A stretch of 64,000 nucleotides of DNA from a virus (lineage: Duplodnaviria; Caudoviricetes). This document shows, piece by piece, positions 1-7,867 of the stretch. Position 1 is the stretch's first letter, and the number at the start of each line of letters is the position of its first letter. The translations under genes and the position numbers were made by a program. The notes under the pieces are model-generated. The model was not told the DNA's origin. It ran no database searches and saw only the letters and a list, made by a program, of their open reading frames with translations. Location of the stretch: positions 1 to 64,000 of IMG/VR virus record IMGVR_UViG_3300036982_000927. One strand, given 5' to 3'.

Positions 1-129
1 TTTCACGGAAAGCGATGCGAGGGCTTCTAGGGTGCCGCCCCGTTTTTCTAAGTCTAGCGAACCGGCCTACATTGGGGAGGCGTTCGGGTGTGATGAAAAA
101 CCTCTCCTGCCGGACCTTCGGGGGTCGCA

Positions 130-1674
130 ATGACCTTCGACGACTCCCCGGCGCTGACGCCCGCCCTGCCCCCGCACTTGGAACGAGTGCTTCGGGATTA
201 TCAGGTGCCTGCTGCGCGACATTTGTTCGGGCTGGCACAGTGCGGGATCAACACCGTGCAACTCTCCGATACGGGCACCGGAAAAACCTACGTGGCTTGC
301 GCGGTCGCTTTTGCGTTGAACCGTCCTACGCTCGTGGTGGTCCCGAAGGTTGCCATCACGTCCTGGCAGCGGGCTTGCGAGGCGTTCGGGGACAAGCTCA
401 GCATCATTGGCTATGAGGCGCTACGCACCGGGCGCTCGCCTTATGGCTGGTGGGACAACACCCCGCCGTCCGGATTCTCCTTGAGGCGCTACCTGTATTG
501 CGCCGCCTGCCATCGGGAAGTTGACCTGGCTCCTGGCAAGTTTGTTTCTTGCTACTGCCGGCACGACGGCATTCACTGTGTCGAAACGAAAAAGCGCGCC
601 TGGAACTATGGCCAGTTTCACTTTGCTCCGCAGGTGCGCAGTGTGATCTTCGACGAAGTGCATCGGTGCGGGGCAATGGACTCGCTGAACGCCGACATGC
701 TTTTTGCGATATACCGGCAAAATTTGCTCTTTCACGGCATGAGCGCCACTCTGGCGGCGGACCCGCTCAAACTACGTGCCCTCGGTTTGCTCCTGGGGCT
801 TCACAAGGGCGACGATTTCTTCGCCTGGGCCTCCCGCTACGGTGCCCGGCGCGATCCTCGCTTCAGAGGGTGGAAGTGGCTTGTAGGCGCGGAACGGCAG
901 GCCGAGGTCATGGCCGACATTCGCACCCGCCTTATACCCGGGCGAGGCGTGCGGCTCTCGTGCGAGGACATTCCCGGGTTTCCCGAGCGCGACATCACAG
1001 CGGAACTTTATGATCTGGACGATGGCGGGGTGATTGACCGGCTGTATGTCGAAATGGAAGACGCCCTGGCCGCGCTGGAAAAGGTCAAGGAGGGTGACAA
1101 GGCACCGGACCTGGCGCTGACAATCCTCCTGCGGGCGGCGCAGAAGATCGAGCTTCTCAAGGTGCCTCTGGCGGTGGAGTTGACGCAGGACAGCCTGGAG
1201 CGCGGCGAAAGCGTGGCCATCTTCATCAACTTCAAACAGACGATGGCGGAGTTACGCAAGCGGCTCAAATGCGATTGCTTCATTGACGGCTCCCCGGAGG
1301 GGGTGCGATACCGGCAGAGCAATATTGACGCTTTTCAGGCGAACCAGTGTCCCGTCATTCTGGTGAATAGTCAGGCCGGCGGGGTGTGCGTTTCGCTGCA
1401 CGACCTGTGGGGCGGGCACCCGCGCACCGGTTACGTGATGCCCTGCTTTTCCGCTACCGCTTTGAAACAAGACTTCGGGCGGTTACACCGTGACGGCGGC
1501 AAGACCAAGTGCCACTACCGCGTGCTGCTGGCGGCGGGCACCGTCGAAGTGAAGATGCACCGGGCGCTTCAAGGGAAGCTGAACAACCTCGACGCGCTAA
1601 ATGATGCTGACCTTTGTCCGGGAAACCTAACACTTGCCCGGGTAAGTGCCTCTGGACTATTTAACCGGGGCTAA
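130..1674 (+). CDS. Superfamily 2 (SNF2/DEAD-like) helicase
   Basis: Walker A SDTGTGKT, DEVH motif II, SAT motif III, QDFGRLHR motif VI; Cys-rich insert between motifs I and II. Confidence 0.9.
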   Translation: MTFDDSPALTPALPPHLERVLRDYQVPAARHLFGLAQCGINTVQLSDTGTGKTYVACAVAFALNRPTLVVVPKVAITSWQRACEAFGDKLSIIGYEALRTGRSPYGWWDNTPPSGFSLRRYLYCAACHREVDLAPGKFVSCYCRHDGIHCVETKKRAWNYGQFHFAPQVRSVIFDEVHRCGAMDSLNADMLFAIYRQNLLFHGMSATLAADPLKLRALGLLLGLHKGDDFFAWASRYGARRDPRFRGWKWLVGAERQAEVMADIRTRLIPGRGVRLSCEDIPGFPERDITAELYDLDDGGVIDRLYVEMEDALAALEKVKEGDKAPDLALTILLRAAQKIELLKVPLAVELTQDSLERGESVAIFINFKQTMAELRKRLKCDCFIDGSPEGVRYRQSNIDAFQANQCPVILVNSQAGGVCVSLHDLWGGHPRTGYVMPCFSATALKQDFGRLHRDGGKTKCHYRVLLAAGTVEVKMHRALQGKLNNLDALNDADLCPGNLTLARVSASGLFNRG

Positions 1675-1690
1675 TGAGAAAGACTAATAT

Positions 1691-1882
1691 ATGCCAGTAA
1701 CAACCAGAAAGACCAAGGGCGGCTACACCAACTCCACGCCAAACGGGGTGAAGGGCCGCAACATGACGAAGACCAACGCGAAGCGCCAGCGGAATCTGAT
1801 CAACGCTGTGGAAAATTCGGACTGGAGGCCGACCGGAAAGCCGGCGGAAGACCTGAAGCGTCGCGTCATGCGAAATCCGTAA
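1691..1882 (+). CDS. Small basic hypothetical protein
   Basis: 63 aa ORF filling the gap after the helicase on the coding strand; T at -1 like most starts here. Confidence 0.6.
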   Translation: MPVTTRKTKGGYTNSTPNGVKGRNMTKTNAKRQRNLINAVENSDWRPTGKPAEDLKRRVMRNP

Positions 1883-1886
1883 GGGT

Positions 1887-1936
1887 GTTTAAACGCACCC
1901 GATTGTCTTTGACTCTCCGTGAACCCGTGATACTTT
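1887..1936 (+). promoter_or_regulatory. GTTTAAAC palindrome followed by a sigma70-like promoter
   Basis: GTTTAAAC 1887-1894 inside a GGGTG...CACCC inverted repeat; TTGACT 1909-1914, 16 nt spacer, TG-a-TACTTT 1931-1936. Confidence 0.45.
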
Positions 1937-1945
1937 GCTGAGAAA

Positions 1946-2131
1946 ATGAACCTGCCACCTTACAACGCCGCTTTCGAGAATGGCCGTGAAGACTACTGCG
2001 ACGACATTCCTCGCGACCACTGCCCCTACGATCGGTCTGAACCGGATAAGCGCGACCAATGGTTGAGCGGCTGGGACGCGGGCCGGAGGCAAGATCGGCG
2101 GCGCAACACCGATAGGCCCACCCATGACTGA
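1946..2131 (+). CDS. Ribosome modulation factor (Rmf/CrpP)-like small protein
   Basis: G-x9-10-CPY-x6-8-R-x-QWLxGW pattern (GREDYCDDIPRDHCPYDRSEPDKRDQWLSGW) resembles Rmf (GYQAGIAGRSKEMCPYQTLNQRSQWLGGW). Confidence 0.6.
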   Translation: MNLPPYNAAFENGREDYCDDIPRDHCPYDRSEPDKRDQWLSGWDAGRRQDRRRNTDRPTHD

Positions 2132-2477
2132 ACGCCAAGCCAAGGCCGCCGCAAAGAAACTGGCTCGCCGGCTGAACACCCATTTTGGGGTGAAGTCTTT
2201 CGAGCCAAGCTGGCGGGATAACCTGGGCTGGTATTTCACCGCCGGGACTAAACACATTCACGTGTTTGGCAATCCTGGTTTATGGCGCTGCCTGATTGGT
2301 GAGGGACGCTTCGGGATTAGCGGGCTGACCGGTTCTGGCAAGACGCCGCACGCGGCGGTGATGGACGTCCTGGAAAAGGTCCGCCGGTTTGCCCAATACC
2401 ATCATATTATTTTTTGCGGAGCCTGTGATCAAATCAACTTAAACGACTATGACGAAAAACGAAACGCCAAACGCTGA
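2124..2477 (+). CDS. Hypothetical protein
   Basis: 117 aa ORF overlapping both neighbours in the operon. Confidence 0.65.
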   Translation: MTERQAKAAAKKLARRLNTHFGVKSFEPSWRDNLGWYFTAGTKHIHVFGNPGLWRCLIGEGRFGISGLTGSGKTPHAAVMDVLEKVRRFAQYHHIIFCGACDQINLNDYDEKRNAKR

Positions 2478-3750
2478 ACGAGTTCACCACCCCTTCAGCC
2501 CCTCGAAACTGCAATTTCTCGAAGCGTGCCCCTGCTATGAGAGCCGGAGCAGCACCAACGAGCGCGCCATCGCCGGAACGCTTGCGCATGGCGTCACCGA
2601 AACCCACGAAGACGACTACCGGTTGAGCGATGATGACGCCGCCGCCGCCGCCGAGTGCATGGACTTTTACGAACGCGAAGCGAACATCGTGCGTGAAGCG
2701 CGGGAACGGGCGATCATTGAATCCGCGCACAGGGCTTTTGGAGACCATGAGCCAACACAGGACGAATGGGACGCGACTTTTGCGGCTCACGCCCTAACCG
2801 CTCCGCCAGTCATTGAGTTGACGGAGACTTACCTCCCCGTGGATGATTGTTGGCTCACGCTGCCCGACGGCAAGAAGTTTGAAGGCACCACCGCCGGCTA
2901 CGTGGACCGGGCGATCATTGATCACACCGGACTGCGTGCGATTATGTTCGACTGGAAGTTTGGCGCCTGGCCGGTTGAGGGCGCCGACAACAATCTGCAA
3001 GGCATCGCCTACAGCCTGGGCCTTTTCCGGCTTTACCCGACGCTGCAAGAAATCAAGTTCTACTTCAAGCAGCCCGCCCTCAACTCGATTTCTTCCGCCA
3101 TGTTCACCCGGGCGCAGGTGTCCATGCTCTACTGCCGGGTGCAGTGCGTCGTGGCCCGGGCGGCGGAAGCTCGAAATTCCAAGACGTTCAATGACGCGAA
3201 CCCGATGGTTCCTGTTTGTAACTTTTGCTCGAACATCGGGCGCTGTCCGAAGGTCATGGCGATTGCATGCAACATCGCGCACAAATTTTCTCCGCTGCAA
3301 GTTCCGGAAAACATCACCCCGACCTTCGCCGACAAACCCGAGAATACTGCCGTTGGTCTGAACCTCTCCGCCGTGATGAAGGTTTGGGCCGAGGCTTACC
3401 GGGAGTGTGTTACCGCACGGGTGATCCGCCGTGAAGCAGTTGTGCCTCCTGGGTTCACCCTGGCTACCCGGGCGCCGCGCGAAGTGGCCGATTCGGCCAA
3501 GGCGCACGCGGTTTGCTTGCACTTTATGACGGAGGCCGAATACAACGCGCTGTGCGAATTGCCCGGCTTCGGCGCGCTGGAAAAGGTTATTTCATCGAAC
3601 GCCCCGCGCGGCCAGAAGACCGCCAAAATTGACGAGTTCAAAAAAGCGCTTGCTGATTCTGGCGCTGTCGTCGTTGGGCAATCTTACGCTTTCTTGCGGG
3701 CCGCGCCTACCGCTCACAAGGAAAAAACCATCGAAGGCGACACTGAATAA
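2449..3750 (+). CDS. PD-(D/E)XK exonuclease, DUF2800/Cas4-like
   Basis: N-terminal HHPFSPSK...CP, GTLAH, GYVD, DWKFG, Q...Y, and C-terminal CNFC...CP metal cluster. Confidence 0.8.
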   Translation: MTKNETPNAERVHHPFSPSKLQFLEACPCYESRSSTNERAIAGTLAHGVTETHEDDYRLSDDDAAAAAECMDFYEREANIVREARERAIIESAHRAFGDHEPTQDEWDATFAAHALTAPPVIELTETYLPVDDCWLTLPDGKKFEGTTAGYVDRAIIDHTGLRAIMFDWKFGAWPVEGADNNLQGIAYSLGLFRLYPTLQEIKFYFKQPALNSISSAMFTRAQVSMLYCRVQCVVARAAEARNSKTFNDANPMVPVCNFCSNIGRCPKVMAIACNIAHKFSPLQVPENITPTFADKPENTAVGLNLSAVMKVWAEAYRECVTARVIRREAVVPPGFTLATRAPREVADSAKAHAVCLHFMTEAEYNALCELPGFGALEKVISSNAPRGQKTAKIDEFKKALADSGAVVVGQSYAFLRAAPTAHKEKTIEGDTE

Positions 3751-3772
3751 CTACCAAGAGAATACTGAGATT

Positions 3773-4702
3773 ATGGCTGAAATTACGTTTAGCAAGAATG
3801 GGGAAGGCGTCATTGACGTTGCTTCCGAAACTGTGAAACCCACCGCGCCCGTCAACGAGGTTACCTCCGGTGGCAAGGTGTATGAGAACGCTGCCGCGCT
3901 CGCCAAAACGACGGAGCCGGAAGCCAAGCCGCCGGTTGTCTATGGGCCGCCGGCTAAGATTCAGTCGGGTTCACTCGCTCCGAGTGGCATCGTCCTGGGG
4001 GACCGGCTGCCGGATTTCAAAGACATCATTCTGCCGCGCCTGAATCTCGTGCAGGGCGTCGGGCTGCTCAAGGACCAGTTTCCCGTTGGCGCGATTGTGT
4101 TCGGTCAAAACACGGTTCTGTTCACGCCTCCGGTGGTGAACCCGAAGACCGGCAACATGGAACGCGCAGCGTTACCTCCGGTCAACATCACCATTCTTGG
4201 CTTCCGCCCCACGCGGTTTGTCGAAAAACTCGTCGGCGGCGCTCGCGGGATGATCTGCAACACCGAAGACGAAGTGCGCGCCGCTGGCGGCACGCTCAGC
4301 TACAAGGAAGCCGAATCGAAGCGGGCTTCCGGCATGAAACTGTTTCAGGAAATGGCGGAAGCGCTAGTGGCGGTTCGGCGCCCGGAAGTCTGCGGCGATG
4401 ACGACACCATGTTCGTTTACCCGGTTGAAGAAAACGGGGTTACCAACAAGTATGCCCTGGCTCTGTGGTCCATGAAAGGATCGGCCTACACCGCCGCCGC
4501 CAAGCGGGTTTTCTTCACGGGCCGCGCGGTGGGCTGCCTCCGGGGCGGCTACCCGACCTACAACTTTGACTTCACGGCTCGCTTTGAGACGTGGGTCAAT
4601 GGCAATAGTGCCTGGGTGCCTGTCTGCGTTCCCTGCAAGAAGTCCACGGACGGGTTCCTGGAATTCGCCCGCGCGATTCTGAATCCGCCGGTTGCGGAAT
4701 AA
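3773..4702 (+). CDS. Putative ssDNA-binding/annealing protein
   Basis: DIILPRLNLVQ motif typical of phage SSB-like proteins; sits between the nuclease and the polymerase region; start moved to ATG 3773. Confidence 0.5.
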   Translation: MAEITFSKNGEGVIDVASETVKPTAPVNEVTSGGKVYENAAALAKTTEPEAKPPVVYGPPAKIQSGSLAPSGIVLGDRLPDFKDIILPRLNLVQGVGLLKDQFPVGAIVFGQNTVLFTPPVVNPKTGNMERAALPPVNITILGFRPTRFVEKLVGGARGMICNTEDEVRAAGGTLSYKEAESKRASGMKLFQEMAEALVAVRRPEVCGDDDTMFVYPVEENGVTNKYALALWSMKGSAYTAAAKRVFFTGRAVGCLRGGYPTYNFDFTARFETWVNGNSAWVPVCVPCKKSTDGFLEFARAILNPPVAE

Positions 4703-4754
4703 CCGTTTTCCACCGAGTCCCCGAACCCGGGAATGGACGCCCGGGGCCTATCCT

Positions 4755-5690
4755 ATGAAACACGACGCGAAAATTTACCTCGCCGGCCACACCGGTTTAG
4801 TTGGCTCCGCGCTTCTTCGCGCCCTCGCCAAAGGGAACTTTAAAAATGTGATCACTCGCTCTCACGATGAACTGGACCTGCGCCGGCAGTATGACGTGTG
4901 GTCGTTTTTTCAACGAGAGCAACCCGAGTATGTTTTTCTGGCGGCGGCGCGAGTCGGAGGCATCGTTGCCAACGACGAATTTCCGGCGGACTTCATCACC
5001 GACAACTTACAGATTCAGACGAATGTAATCAGCGCGGCGTCTCGCTGGCACACCAGAAAACTTTTGTTCCTGGGAAGCTCGTGCATCTACCCCCGGAACT
5101 GTCCGCAGCCGATCCGCGAGGAATACCTGATGACCGGGCCGCTCGAACCGACCAATTCCGCTTACGCGGTGGCGAAGATTGCTGGCATCGAAATGTGCCG
5201 CGCTTACCGGAAGCAATACGGATTTGACGCCATCGCTGTCATGCCAACGAATCTTTACGGCCCAAACGACAACTACGACCCCGAGGGCTCCCACGTGATT
5301 CCCGGGCTGATTCGCCGCTTCCATGAAGCGAAGATCACCGGCGCGCCGTCGGTCACCTGCTGGGGCACGGGCTTCGTGCGGCGTGAATTTCTTTTCTCGG
5401 ATGACCTGGCGCAGGCGTGCCGGACTTTGATGCACTCTTACAGCGGACACGACCTGATCAACATCGGGTCTGGCGAAGACCTTGCCATTAATTTGCTGGC
5501 GGACCTGATCCGTCGGACCGTCGGGTATGAGGGGGAGGTTCGATGGGATTGCAGTAAACCGGATGGCACTCCAAGAAAACTGCTCGATTCATCGCGCCTT
5601 CGGAACGTCACCGGTTGGCGGCCACTGGTGGGCTTAGAGCAGGGGCTGGGCATAGCCTACAAAGATTTTCTCGGTCGTAATAACGCTTGA
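4755..5690 (+). CDS. fcl: GDP-L-fucose synthase (GDP-4-keto-6-deoxymannose epimerase/reductase)
   Basis: GHTGLVGS Rossmann motif, AAARVGGI, LGSSCIYP, YAVAK (YxxxK), PTNLYGPNDNY, SHVIPGLI, KPDGTPRKLLD; start moved to ATG 4755. Confidence 0.95.
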   Translation: MKHDAKIYLAGHTGLVGSALLRALAKGNFKNVITRSHDELDLRRQYDVWSFFQREQPEYVFLAAARVGGIVANDEFPADFITDNLQIQTNVISAASRWHTRKLLFLGSSCIYPRNCPQPIREEYLMTGPLEPTNSAYAVAKIAGIEMCRAYRKQYGFDAIAVMPTNLYGPNDNYDPEGSHVIPGLIRRFHEAKITGAPSVTCWGTGFVRREFLFSDDLAQACRTLMHSYSGHDLINIGSGEDLAINLLADLIRRTVGYEGEVRWDCSKPDGTPRKLLDSSRLRNVTGWRPLVGLEQGLGIAYKDFLGRNNA

Positions 5691-5721
5691 TAGTAGCGTT
5701 TCTACTACCTCGTTTACACGG

Positions 5722-5749
5722 TTGCATTCTGTCCCGACTGTGGTAGAGT
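5722..5749 (+). promoter_or_regulatory. Sigma70-type leaderless promoter
   Basis: TTGCAT-16-TAGAGT with extended TG; ATG 5 nt downstream; GTTTACAC just upstream. Confidence 0.6.
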
Positions 5750-5754
5750 TGGAC

Positions 5755-6018
5755 ATGTTAAAAACAAACGTTCATTTGACTGAAGTTGAAACCCGGACTT
5801 CAACCATGCGTATGTGGCGCGTCGAAGTTGAAGGGGTGATCGTCGGCTTCATTGAGAAATACACGGATACCCGCACCGAACAGAATCCTTACAAGGCGTT
5901 CCTCGGCGTGGGGGCGAACAACCAATACCTCGACGCGGTTTACCCCGTCAGCCATCGCGCTAGCCACCTGGCGGCGGCTCGGGAAGCGGCGGTTGAGTTG
6001 ATTCTCGCGAACCGGTAA
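5755..6018 (+). CDS. Hypothetical protein
   Basis: ORF directly behind a leaderless promoter. Confidence 0.65.
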   Translation: MLKTNVHLTEVETRTSTMRMWRVEVEGVIVGFIEKYTDTRTEQNPYKAFLGVGANNQYLDAVYPVSHRASHLAAAREAAVELILANR

Positions 6019-6028
6019 CAGGCCGGAC

Positions 6029-6057
6029 TTGACTTTTCGGCAACCTTAACATACACT
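6029..6057 (+). promoter_or_regulatory. Sigma70-type leaderless promoter
   Basis: TTGACT-17-TACACT; ATG 5 nt downstream. Confidence 0.75.
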
Positions 6058-6062
6058 ACCCC

Positions 6063-6347
6063 ATGATCAAACTTTACTTAGTTTTAAGCGTCAACGAGTG
6101 CCAGCAACTTTTGGACGCCGCGCGGGAAAGCTCCAGAGAAGCGGACGGTCCCGTTAATCGTAGTCATTGCGTCGTCCTGGACCTGGACGCGAACCCGGAA
6201 ATCGTTTCCGATGACGGTCGCATGCAAATCATAAGTTCGTCTTTCCTCCGTGAAGTCCGCAAGATTGAAGAGGAAAACTCCGAGCGATACCGCAGTTCTT
6301 TGGACCTTCCGAAACAGGAAACGGAATTGGATTACAGCGGTGTCTAA
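6063..6347 (+). CDS. Hypothetical protein
   Basis: 94 aa ORF behind a leaderless promoter. Confidence 0.65.
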   Translation: MIKLYLVLSVNECQQLLDAARESSREADGPVNRSHCVVLDLDANPEIVSDDGRMQIISSSFLREVRKIEEENSERYRSSLDLPKQETELDYSGV

Positions 6348-6352
6348 TCACC

Positions 6353-6368
6353 CCGGCCTTCGGGCCGG
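6353..6368 (+). terminator. CCGGCC-TTCG-GGCCGG hairpin (terminator or processing signal)
   Basis: Perfect 6 bp stem with cUUCGg loop right after a stop codon; the U-tract is weak. Confidence 0.4.
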
Positions 6369-6387
6369 CTATCTATGAAAAAGAACT

Positions 6388-7281
6388 ATGAAAAAGAAAC
6401 CAGCAACCAAACCACGAAATCTCTTTGATGATGATGGCCCTTCAACTTTTACAGCTGGCGCTGGCGCTGGTGATGCTGACCTTGGTGCTTCTCCTGCGAA
6501 GGCAAGAAAAACGAAACGTGCAAAGCCGGCGAAGGCGGCACGCAAGGTGGCACCCGCCGCTGTTCCCAAACCACTGGAATTGACCCCGCCGGCCAAGCCA
6601 GACGCCCTCGCCCCCGCCGTGGAAAAGAAACCGGCGGTAAAAATGGCCGAGTTTCAACATATGGATCGGGAAACCTGGCTCTGCCACGCGGTCGCGGCGA
6701 TGACCCCGCGCTTCCTGACCCAAAATTACACGGTGCCCGTTCTGCGGGTGTCGTGCGGATGGCCATCTGTGCGGCCCCTCTCGGAAAAGAAGCGCGCCCT
6801 GGCGGAGTGCTGGCGAGCCGAGGCGGCGACTGATGGCATCGCGCAGATTTTCGTGAGCCCGTTTCTCGCTAACGGTTCTGAGGTAATCGCCGCGCTCGTT
6901 CACGAAGTCGTTCATTCGGTGGTTGGCCATGACGCGAAGCACGGAAAGCTTTTCAAAAAGTGCGCGCTGGCGGTTGGCCTGGACGGCAAGATGACTGCGA
7001 CAATCGCTGGCCCTGAACTGCTCGCCGCGATTGGGGGCTGGATGAAAGACCTGGGCGCCTACCCTCACGCGCGACTGGATCAACTCAAACGCCCGACGAA
7101 AAAGCAGGGAACCCGGATGATCAAAATGGAGTGCGAAAAGTGTGGCTACGTGGCTCGGACCACCCGCAAGTGGTTGGAAGAAGTTGGTGCCCCGCTCTGC
7201 GCATGCAACAAGCAGCCGATGAAGTTCGAGTTGCCGGCGGAAGACGGCAAGGAAGAGGGAGGCGAAGATGAAGTTGAATAA
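6388..7281 (+). CDS. SprT-like zinc metalloprotease with C-terminal Zn ribbon
   Basis: LVHEVVH (HExxH), H-x-K-x-F, CEKCGY...CAC; Lys/Ala/Pro-rich N-terminus. Confidence 0.75.
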   Translation: MKKKPATKPRNLFDDDGPSTFTAGAGAGDADLGASPAKARKTKRAKPAKAARKVAPAAVPKPLELTPPAKPDALAPAVEKKPAVKMAEFQHMDRETWLCHAVAAMTPRFLTQNYTVPVLRVSCGWPSVRPLSEKKRALAECWRAEAATDGIAQIFVSPFLANGSEVIAALVHEVVHSVVGHDAKHGKLFKKCALAVGLDGKMTATIAGPELLAAIGGWMKDLGAYPHARLDQLKRPTKKQGTRMIKMECEKCGYVARTTRKWLEEVGAPLCACNKQPMKFELPAEDGKEEGGEDEVE

Positions 7282-7576
7282 GGCGGCTGTGCGGCGATAC
7301 GCTCTCTTGTGTAGCCAATGCCTGCGAGCGGGGAAGTTCACTCGCGTTGGTGAGGCTTTTCTTCAGTCGGTCGAAACGGATGTAGAGTCCGCCATTCGGC
7401 ACCTGTCCGGCGCGCCGCCCGAGCGGATGCCAATTCTTGAGCCCGGCGAGACGTTTACCAACTGGGCCGAGATCGAGCCGGCGTTGAAGGAGAAAATGGA
7501 GTTGCTGGTGCGTTCGTTGATCGTGAGAAAAGTCCTGCGACACCCTTCTCTTGGGGTCACCCTTCAAGAACCGTGA
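7268..7576 (+). CDS. Hypothetical protein
   Basis: 102 aa ORF overlapping the upstream gene. Confidence 0.6.
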   Translation: MKLNKAAVRRYALLCSQCLRAGKFTRVGEAFLQSVETDVESAIRHLSGAPPERMPILEPGETFTNWAEIEPALKEKMELLVRSLIVRKVLRHPSLGVTLQEP

Positions 7577-7638
7577 CGTGTAAACGGCTCCGATTTCACT
7601 GGCGCAAGGACGGCGCCAGGGCTATACTCCCGTCAGAT

Positions 7639-7848
7639 ATGTTCAATCAACCCGAACCCGACCCGAATTTTTACGACCGGCACGCGCTGGTTTTTCTTTT
7701 CGAGTGCCCGATGTGTAAACTCGAATCGGAACACGTAGCAGAAGTCCTGGCGCTCGCCAACCGAATCGCCGACCTTGAGGCGCAGCTAGCGGCGGCCCGA
7801 GACGAGGCCATTTTAAAGACAGTCCCTCACGGCTGTCTTCAGCTTTGA
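7639..7848 (+). CDS. Small hypothetical protein (CxxC plus coiled coil)
   Basis: ECPMC motif followed by a heptad-like segment; start uncertain (7573 GTG or 7639 ATG). Confidence 0.5.
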   Translation: MFNQPEPDPNFYDRHALVFLFECPMCKLESEHVAEVLALANRIADLEAQLAAARDEAILKTVPHGCLQL

Positions 7849-7867
7849 GGTATCTTAACAAGAACTT

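Noticed and set aside
2449-3750. Cas4-like nuclease as evidence of a CRISPR system
   Set aside because: It lies in the standard nuclease-SSB-PolA replication module; no array or other cas genes
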